From sequence record NZ_OX291535.1: a stretch of 12,879 nt of DNA; one strand, written 5' to 3'. This DNA is from a plasmid. The notes under the pieces were generated by a model that saw nothing but the letters and a program-made list of their open reading frames with translations, did not search any database and was not told where the DNA came from. The stretch's first letter is position 1, and each line of letters begins with the position of its first letter. Below, piece after piece: positions 7,575 to 12,879 of this stretch. The translations under genes and the position numbers were made by a program.

Positions 7575-8159
7575 TTAAGAGTTATTTAACTTCTTTATGA
7601 TCGCTGCGCCAAGCTGCCGAGTATTCATTTCATTTCCATTGCTATTTAGCAATGATATTTTTAAATCATGCGCAACATCACGTAGAAATGGCTTCACAAT
7701 AGTTACAGGCATGCCATTTCTTTGAACTGAAATACCGCCACTAAAAGTGCGACTGATTGTATAATCATTCCACTGCACACTTTCAGCCGCTCCTGGCAAG
7801 TCAGGAACCTCCTGGACAGTGAAAACCGCACGAACAATCCCTTTTTCCTTCCATCCACGCAAATACCCACTCCAAATATTTGCCCGAACTGATGATTCTT
7901 CTGAAATCGCACGAGCATTCCATACTCCAGTTTCACAGGAACCATCCCTTTTAAACATTTCGACTTTGGCCTGTTTTGATTTTAGTAACGCTTTTTTAAA
8001 ATCCGCTTCACCTTCAGGATTAAAAAAAAGTTCAGGGCGTGTGTCATGATCGATTTCAACAACATCGATCAGACGGTTTATTACCTGTTCGGGAGTTTCA
8101 AATCCCTTTGCTTGTGCAGCAAGACGGCTATATGTAGCGTCAGATATCGTAATATCCAT
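7575..8159 (-). CDS. Hypothetical protein, 194 aa, in the AT-rich cargo island. The N-terminus DITISDATYSRLAAQAKGFETPEQVINRLIDVV looks ribbon-helix-helix-like. A C-terminal domain of about 150 aa is unknown.
   Basis: Preferred start is the ATG at 8159, with a TAGAGGT SD 6 nt upstream. The track ORF starts 7 codons earlier. Codon usage is AT-rich and clearly unlike the flanking genes. Confidence 0.6.
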   Translation of the reverse strand: MDITISDATYSRLAAQAKGFETPEQVINRLIDVVEIDHDTRPELFFNPEGEADFKKALLKSKQAKVEMFKRDGSCETGVWNARAISEESSVRANIWSGYLRGWKEKGIVRAVFTVQEVPDLPGAAESVQWNDYTISRTFSGGISVQRNGMPVTIVKPFLRDVAHDLKISLLNSNGNEMNTRQLGAAIIKKLNNS

Positions 8160-8198
8160 CAAAGTACCTCTATAGATCAAAAATTAATCATAAAATTA

Positions 8199-8227
8199 AT
8201 CATAATTGATAAATTTAATGATTTCAA
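8199..8227 (-). promoter_or_regulatory. Sigma70-like promoter for the island gene 7575..8159: -35 TTGAAA (8227-8222), 17-bp spacer, -10 TATGAT (8204-8199)
   Basis: Read from the complement. The -10 lies in a tandem 12-bp repeat AAATTAATCATA x2 (8181-8204). The repeat gives a second TATGAT 12 bp downstream. The start codon is about 40 nt further on. Confidence 0.4.
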
Positions 8228-8605
8228 GATCTATAATTACCTGATATCGCAATATGGTTAACCGCCTCTAAAGAGCTATAAAAACCTGTAAACCCGCTCC
8301 TCGTGCCGCTTGGTTATAAACAAACCAGTTGAATCTACGTCAACAATAGCCTACTATTGTTGTACTGCAAGAGCATTCGCAGGGGGTATTAACCAGTAAT
8401 TAACCCTTTGCGCTGGGCAGTCAGGAGGCTGGTCTCCTGTTGGGAAGTTATGTTGCGGCTTCCTAGTAATAACAGTGAATTTGATAGACAGCAGAAAACC
8501 GCCGATGCTGCTAGATCCGAAAGGAACCAATGAAGGGAAATATTTAGGCGTTATGGTTCATTCTCATTAAATTGAGGAGAATTGCTTAAATGGGCGTCCT
8601 TCCTA

Positions 8606-9097
8606 TCACCCTCGCTGTATAGCTTTACATTTGGCCTCCGTTGCATGGTATGCAGTCACGGGGGCCAAATTATTTTCAGAGACATCAACTATCGCCATTG
8701 CGAAAAAGCCAGCCCCAGCAACGTTAATGCGACGAACAGCATTGAGCACAATAGTCTGCTCCGAGTAATCTCTGTTAACGTACACATTGCTCTGCACTGA
8801 GAATGCAGTTGCCAAAATCTCCGCACACTCTTGCCAACTTAGCTTATCCTTCGAGTTACGAGCAGATAGCACATGCCTAAACATTGCCCAAGTGATCGGT
8901 ATTGCTGGTGATGCAGGTATGTCCCAGCCGTTTCTCTGACAAACAACTTTCATTTGATTGAACTGCTTCTTAGTCATCAGATAGGTAAAACAAGGCGTCT
9001 CCCAAACTTCCTGAGGGAGACCTTTATCATCCATTTCTTCAGCTTGCTGTGTAAAAGCATAGAAAGCGTCACGGATAGCATCATCACCGATAGCCAC
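8606..9097 (-). CDS. Hypothetical protein, 163 aa, in the AT-rich cargo island
   Basis: GTG start at 9097 with an AAGGA SD 6 nt upstream. AT-rich codon usage. No recognisable motifs. Confidence 0.55.
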   Translation of the reverse strand: MAIGDDAIRDAFYAFTQQAEEMDDKGLPQEVWETPCFTYLMTKKQFNQMKVVCQRNGWDIPASPAIPITWAMFRHVLSARNSKDKLSWQECAEILATAFSVQSNVYVNRDYSEQTIVLNAVRRINVAGAGFFAMAIVDVSENNLAPVTAYHATEAKCKAIQRG

Positions 9098-9161
9098 TTC
9101 TTTTCCTTGTAAAATTTTTATGTTCGAATTTTATCATATTTAGCTATGTCACTTAGGACTG

Positions 9162-9653
9162 CTAATTCAGTAGCCCACTTTCCCGCAACTTATGGCGATA
9201 GTCCCGGACACGGCTGGTGTTCCACTCCTGTCCCGTCGCTGTCCGGTGCCCTGCTGCGTTCAGTGCCGACGCGATGGCGGGCAGAGTCGCGTTCTCTGCG
9301 GTCATGCTGACAATGAGCTGGTCAGCCTCATCACTGACGGCCTGGAAGCGCGGATCGGCTCCCCGGGGGACTATCTGTCTTGCAGGTTGTTGTGCGCTTT
9401 GTGGTGCTGTTTGTTGTGCGGTTTGTCGTGCAGGTTTACCGCCGACGGACAGCGCCCTGACTTCAGCCCTCAGCGCTTCGATGGCAGCTAAAAGTTTGGT
9501 GTCCATCCCTTCCGGCTTCGTGCCAAGTCCGGCGTTCAGCGCCTCTATGACAGCATCCGTGCGGGTTGCTCCGGTTCGTGCTGCGTTCTGCTCGATGCGT
9601 TCGATCAGGCTAACGGGTAGGCGAACGGTCAGGGTTTTGGTTTTCTCTCTCAT
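9162..9653 (-). CDS. DNA-binding regulator, 164 aa. N-terminal ribbon-helix-helix (CopG/Arc-like). Gln/Ala-rich repeat linker. C-terminal recombinase-type HTH (LNAAGHRTATGQEWNTSRVRDY).
   Basis: The RHH signature is KTLTVRLPVSLIERIEQNAARTGATRTDAVIEAL. I prefer the ATG at 9653, with a GGAGAG SD 8 nt upstream. The track's 50-codon N-terminal extension is low-complexity translation of the upstream DNA repeats. The C-terminal G.W..S.V motif resembles the recombinase-domain HTH of large serine recombinases. Confidence 0.55.
   Translation of the reverse strand: MREKTKTLTVRLPVSLIERIEQNAARTGATRTDAVIEALNAGLGTKPEGMDTKLLAAIEALRAEVRALSVGGKPARQTAQQTAPQSAQQPARQIVPRGADPRFQAVSDEADQLIVSMTAENATLPAIASALNAAGHRTATGQEWNTSRVRDYRHKLRESGLLN
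9390..9430. repeat. Four phased copies (11-12 bp period) of GT(T/C/G)GTGC inside the RHH gene. They encode its QTAQQTAPQSAQQPARQ linker.
   Basis: GTTGTGC at 9390, GTGGTGC at 9401, GTTGTGC at 9413 and GTCGTGC at 9424, read directly. Confidence 0.6.
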
Positions 9654-9669
9654 GGCTGCTGCTCTCCAC

Positions 9670-9756
9670 GTCGTGCGTTTTGTCGTGCTGTTTGTCTTGC
9701 GTAGTGTAATGCGTTTTGTCGTGCGCGTCGAATTCGACGTCGTGCAGTTGTCGTGC
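9670..9756. repeat. Six copies of the GTCGTGC (TTTGTCGTGC) motif at -17 to -103 upstream of the RHH gene start. They flank the 14-bp perfect palindrome CGTCGAATTCGACG (9726-9739). Likely an operator or iteron array.
   Basis: Copies start at 9670, 9682, 9694 (GTCTTGC variant), 9718, 9739 and 9750. The same core motif recurs in the coding linker. The stem-loop GGCGACG-gctttg-CGTCGCC at 9765-9784 follows. Confidence 0.55.
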
Positions 9757-9946
9757 ACAGAGGGGCGACGGCTTTGCGTCGCCGGGGTGCCGTTTGTGTA
9801 CATGGATAAATAGCAGAGGCGGCGCAGAGATTGAGCTGGGCGTGATCACGACAGCGCGATAAGTGCGCGGCGCTAAGTGGCGTGGAGGGTTGGGATCGGG
9901 TAAGCTGATCTGGCGTCTGCGGATCCGGTTGGGGATCTTCGGGCAC

Positions 9947-9980
9947 AAAAAAAGGCGACCTGTTGGGTGGTCACCTTTTT
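9947..9980. terminator. Bidirectional terminator-like hairpin: A7-GGCGACC-tgttgggt-GGTCACC-T5, with one C/A mismatch
   Basis: A-run 9947-9953, stem 9954-9960 pairing with 9969-9975, T-run 9976-9980. It can terminate both strands. It sits in the 530-bp spacer between the RHH promoter and the helicase gene. Confidence 0.45.
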
Positions 9981-10180
9981 CTGCCGGGGGAGCTGGTAAC
10001 TCCTCCGATTAATTCGAGTCACGTCTTAGCGGGACGTTCTCGAAGGAAGAATAGCACTTGCGCAGCGTACTCCTCAAACTCAAAGAGAAGTGTACCACGT
10101 CGATAAGATCGCGCAAGTGTGAATTTCCCTCGTAAGCCCCCGCCTGACGCCGACTCCTACGTTTTTAAAGGAGTAATTGC

Positions 10181-11476
10181 GTGTCACAAATTGATGAAAA
10201 TTCCGGCACTGCTGCCGACAACGTAACGCCGATCGCCGCTGCCAAGGTGGGACGCCCGTCTCTACAAAAAAAATACCCGACTACCGCGTTTCCCGTGGAG
10301 CTGGAGATCAACTACCGGAAGGGGCGCTACTCGTCCTCTCTTGAGAACGTTGTCGCCGCTATGCGCTGCCATTCCGTCACCGGCATCCAGCTCGCTTTCG
10401 ATGAGTTCTTTGCGGAGGAGGGGGCGTTCGTGAACGGGCAATGGTACCCGCTGTCCGACAACCTAGTTACCGAGCTGCGTCTGCGCCTCGCTGCTGCCGA
10501 CTTCGAGAAGGTGACCAAGGACAATGCCCGCGACGCCATGTTCTACGTCTGCGATGAGAACAAATTCGACAGCGCCCAGCGTTGGCTGACGGCTCAGGAA
10601 TGGGACGGCAAACCTCGCGTCAGTTACTTCTTCGAGCGGTGCTTCAAATGCCAAGGGGATCCCGAGTACCTGGCGGCGGTCAGCCTCTACACCTGGACGG
10701 CGCTTGCCGGGCGCGTAATGAATCCCGGAATCAAGGCCGACATGGTTCCGCTGCTGTACGGGCGACAGGGTGCCCGCAAATCGACGGGCGTTCGCCTTAT
10801 GTCGCCATTCCCTGACTCCTACTCCAGCTTCAACCTGAACGACAAGGACGACTCCCTAGTGCGCCGTATGCGTGGGTGCCTGATTGGCGAGCTGGAGGAG
10901 CTGCGCGGCCTCCACGGGCGCGACTCCGAATCGGTGAAAGCGTTCTTCTCCGCTGCCCACGACGAGTGGGTGCCGAAATTTAAAGAGTTCAAGGTGCGAA
11001 ACCCGCGCCGCGTGGTGTTCATCGGTACCACGAACAACAAGCAGATCCTCAATGACTCGACGGGGAACCGCCGCTATTTGCCCATGAATTCCGGGGACGT
11101 GGACTGCGCGGCCATCGAGAAAAACCGCTCGCAGCTGTGGGCTGAAGCGCTCCACCTGTTCAATGAGAATGGGGTGATGTGGGAGGCCGCTGAAACGCTG
11201 GCGCGTAAGGTGCATGACGAGTTCCGCGTCGAGGATCCGTGGGAAGACGAGATCGCCGAGCTGCTCAAGCTGGACGTTGACGACTGCGACCCGACTGCTT
11301 TCGTGCCGACGAAGGCCTTGTTCTCTCAGGTAGGGCTCATGATTGGCCATACCAGCAACAAGCAGCATCAGCGCATGGCGGCTATCATGTCCCGATTGGG
11401 CTATGAGGTTGGCAGGAAGCGCATAAACGGTGCGTTAGTTCGTGGCTACTTCCGTCGAACGCAAGCTGTCGTGTAA
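10181..11476 (+). CDS. VirE / D5-family (superfamily-3-like) P-loop NTPase helicase, Rep-like replication initiator of the P4-alpha C-terminal or PICI Rep type; 431 aa
   Basis: GTG start with an AAGGAG SD 8 nt upstream. The Walker-A-like motif is LLYGRQGARKST. Downstream reads VVFIGTTNN...GNRRYLPM, which is VirE-family-like. An iteron/AT-rich origin follows immediately 3' of it, as in pri-rep-ori modules of phage satellites. Confidence 0.6.
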   Translation: MSQIDENSGTAADNVTPIAAAKVGRPSLQKKYPTTAFPVELEINYRKGRYSSSLENVVAAMRCHSVTGIQLAFDEFFAEEGAFVNGQWYPLSDNLVTELRLRLAAADFEKVTKDNARDAMFYVCDENKFDSAQRWLTAQEWDGKPRVSYFFERCFKCQGDPEYLAAVSLYTWTALAGRVMNPGIKADMVPLLYGRQGARKSTGVRLMSPFPDSYSSFNLNDKDDSLVRRMRGCLIGELEELRGLHGRDSESVKAFFSAAHDEWVPKFKEFKVRNPRRVVFIGTTNNKQILNDSTGNRRYLPMNSGDVDCAAIEKNRSQLWAEALHLFNENGVMWEAAETLARKVHDEFRVEDPWEDEIAELLKLDVDDCDPTAFVPTKALFSQVGLMIGHTSNKQHQRMAAIMSRLGYEVGRKRINGALVRGYFRRTQAVV

Positions 11477-11495
11477 GGGTTACTTTTCCGTAAGA

Positions 11496-11521
11496 GGGGA
11501 GCTATATGCTCCCCTTTTTTA
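11496..11521 (+). terminator. Strong rho-independent terminator: GGGGAGC-tatat-GCTCCCC followed by TTTTTTATT
   Basis: Perfect 7-bp GC stem with a 5-nt loop and T6. It lies 20 nt after the helicase stop. Confidence 0.8.
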
Positions 11522-11900
11522 TTGTTCCACCCGGGTGGATCACGGGTGGATCATCACGCCGTTTTTGTACCACCTGTTCCACCCGGGTGTTCCACCCGTT
11601 CCACCCGTGTTCCGCCCGTGGATGGAACAGCTAAGGCCTCGTGTTTAAAGGCTTTCATTGTTGTGTTCCACCCGTTCCACCCTATTTTCTAATTAAAAAC
11701 AAAAAATGAATAAATTGGGTAAATAGGGGGTAAATGCTCACTAATTGAACAATTAGTTGTTTTTTTTACTATTTATGAATCTATGCCGGATCGGGTGGAA
11801 CGGGTGGATCATCTTGGAATCGACGCGCCGCAGCTGCACCCTGCCGGATGCACTTTGCTTGTCTTATTAGATCGGTGGATGGGTTCGTCGTGCCGGGATG
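11521..11900. repeat. Putative replication origin. About 7 direct TTCCACCC(G) iterons (11525-11683), an AT-rich segment of about 100 bp (11683-11786), then inverted GGGTGGA(A/T)C copies (11531-11553, 11791-11810 and degenerate ones to about 11900).
   Basis: Read directly. Plus-orientation copies start at 11525, 11576, 11589, 11598, 11609 (variant), 11667 and 11676. Inverted copies (CGGGTGGATCA/CGGGTGGAAC) are at 11531, 11543, 11791 and 11801. The 14-bp palindrome TCCACCCGGGTGGA is at 11526-11539. The AT-rich core contains GGGTAAAT x2. This is the same architecture as SaPI/PICI ori. It also resembles the P4 ori/crr iterons TGTTCACC. Confidence 0.6.
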
Positions 11901-12098
11901 GTCGGTGGTAGTGGTTCTGAGGGGGATCGGAGGTTTGGGTGGCGCTGAGGGCACGAGGCTTTCGCCTCGCGCTGGGTGGTCGTCTGTTGGTTCTGCGTGA
12001 GGGCTTGCCCTCGCGCACGCGAGCGGTAACAACTCGTTAACGTGCGGATCCGCGTATTTCGCGGGCTCCCGGGTTTTCTGCGGCGGTAAAGCGGCGGT

Positions 12099-12122
12099 AA
12101 AAGGCGGTTTTCCCGCCGTTTT
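12099..12122 (-). terminator. Weak terminator for the minus-strand HTH gene: GGCGG-ttttc-CCGCC with only 4-nt T/A runs on either side; overlaps the stop codon
   Basis: Stem 12103-12107 pairs with 12113-12117. It is preceded by a tandem GCGGCGGTAAA x2 (12081-12102). Confidence 0.3.
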
Positions 12123-12589
12123 CAGCTCTGTTGGCGATTCATGCCCTCGCGCATGATGTCGGCCTCGGTGCCTGGCTTGATCTCGTAGATGACGCGCTCG
12201 CGTTCCTGCGTCTTGAGTAGGGATGTCATAAGGCCGCTGATCGCTTTGACCATGGTGGCGTCCTTCTCCAGCATGGCCTGTAGCGAAGCTGTGCGGAGGG
12301 CTTGCAGGTCGGTGGCGTGGCGCTGTAGCAGCTCAAACTGGCGCTGTACAAAGTGGTTTTTTAGGCGTCGGATCGCTGCCTGTGGGGTGGCCTCGACGGC
12401 TCGCTGTGCGCGTTCGCGCATCTCCTCGATGCTGAGGACGTTGCTGGGTGCGTCGGTGCGGGCTTTCGCCCAATCTCTGACGGTGCGGGGTGGGATCCCC
12501 ATGGTGCGTGCGACGGTGGCTGCGGTTGCGCCGTCCTGCTCCAGTAGTCTGAGCGCCTGGGCTTTCTGCTCGGTGGTGTATTTCTTCAT
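12122..12589 (-). CDS. HTH-domain protein, 155 aa. The N-terminus resembles the IS3-OrfA or small-terminase-type HTH (QKAQALRLLEQDGATAATVARTMGIPPRTVRDWAKA). The helical C-terminus is unknown.
   Basis: ATG at 12589 with a GGAG 9 nt upstream. Good codon bias. Family assignment is uncertain. Confidence 0.5.
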   Translation of the reverse strand: MKKYTTEQKAQALRLLEQDGATAATVARTMGIPPRTVRDWAKARTDAPSNVLSIEEMRERAQRAVEATPQAAIRRLKNHFVQRQFELLQRHATDLQALRTASLQAMLEKDATMVKAISGLMTSLLKTQERERVIYEIKPGTEADIMREGMNRQQS

Positions 12590-12787
12590 GGTGTCCTGCT
12601 CCGGTTGGTTTCTCTCCTGTATTGAAACGTCACGCGCTGAAAATGGCGGGGGTTTTTGGGGGGTACACGGCGTTTGTGCGTGCGTGGTCGTGCGGTTGGG
12701 TATTTTTGTGGCTGAGGCGCTTAGAATGGCTCTGGTGCGTTCTGGGTAAGGGAGGAGGCGCAGCAGTCGCTGCGCTCCTAGCTGGGG

Positions 12788-12879
12788 TTAGCGCCAGCGT
12801 TCGAGGCGGTACCTGACGGTGATCCCGTCCTCCGTCATGGTATGGATGTACTCCTGGTTTGCCACGGTGCGGTCGATGG
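12788..12879 (-). CDS. C-terminal end (...IDRTVANQEYIHTMTEDGITVRYRLERWR*) of a gene that enters from the right edge
   Basis: Open frame to the window edge with GC3-rich codons. The TAA stop is at 12790-12788. Not in the track because it is partial. Confidence 0.3.
   Translation of the reverse strand, partial: IDRTVANQEYIHTMTEDGITVRYRLERWR

Noticed and set aside
9100-9140. GTTCGAAT motif checked as a possible tRNA T-loop or integration target
   Set aside because: No surrounding cloverleaf-compatible sequence and AT-rich context. I found no tRNA anywhere in the window.
9654-9803. 50-codon N-terminal extension of the RHH ORF (MYTNGTPATQSRRPSV...TTKRTT...)
   Set aside because: The Thr/Arg-rich text is the translation of the GTCGTGC DNA repeat array. 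The ATG at 9653 has an SD and starts exactly at the RHH fold.
9192-9813. Plus-strand ORFs 9192..9491 and 9217..9813
   Set aside because: They are antisense to the RHH regulator. The translations are Cys/Ala/Val-rich and repeat-derived.
9610-9948. Minus-strand ORFs 9610..9948 and 9650..9946
   Set aside because: They are out-of-frame readings of the repeat/operator region and the RHH start. No RBS. Low-complexity products.
10327-11368. Minus-strand ORFs inside the helicase gene (10327..10539, 10463..10654, 10819..11052, 10856..11368, 11074..11268)
   Set aside because: They are antisense to a well-supported VirE-family gene with Walker-A-like motifs.
11521-11900. Regular short repeats considered as a CRISPR array
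   Set aside because: The repeats are only 8-10 bp. They are irregularly spaced, occur in both orientations and lack unique spacers. This is iteron/origin architecture, not CRISPR.
11781-12032. Minus-strand ORFs 11781..12032 and 11809..12018, and plus-strand 11442..11648
   Set aside because: They lie across the iteron array and non-coding GC-rich hairpins. Products are Pro/Arg-rich with no RBS.
12622-12816. 64-aa plus-strand ORF and 12189..12749 (186 aa)
   Set aside because: They are antisense to, or overlap, the HTH gene and the partial minus gene. Low-complexity translations.

Overview
The window is GC-rich, enterobacterial-style coding DNA that reads as part of a mobile genetic element. 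It has a phage-satellite (P4-like or PICI-like) replication-module architecture with plasmid-like touches. On the sequence I can support the following. (1) A serine recombinase of the resolvase/invertase family. (2) A three-gene operon of unknown function. (3) A convergent two-gene operon in which a multi-zinc-ribbon protein is translationally coupled (ATGA overlap) to a FinO/ProQ-family RNA-chaperone-like protein. (4) A divergent AlpA-like HTH regulator followed by a P4-alpha-like TOPRIM primase. (5) A visibly AT-rich cargo island of about 1.6 kb carrying two unknown genes. (6) A ribbon-helix-helix regulator whose promoter and coding linker both carry GTCGTGC-type direct repeats. (7) A VirE/D5-family P-loop helicase (Rep-like). 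Immediately downstream of that helicase lies a textbook iteron-plus-AT-rich origin-like region of TTCCACCCG repeats. (8) An HTH protein. Several rho-independent terminators are also visible. I found no tRNA, rRNA or CRISPR array. All functional names come from motif-level recognition by eye. No database search was run and no statistics were computed.
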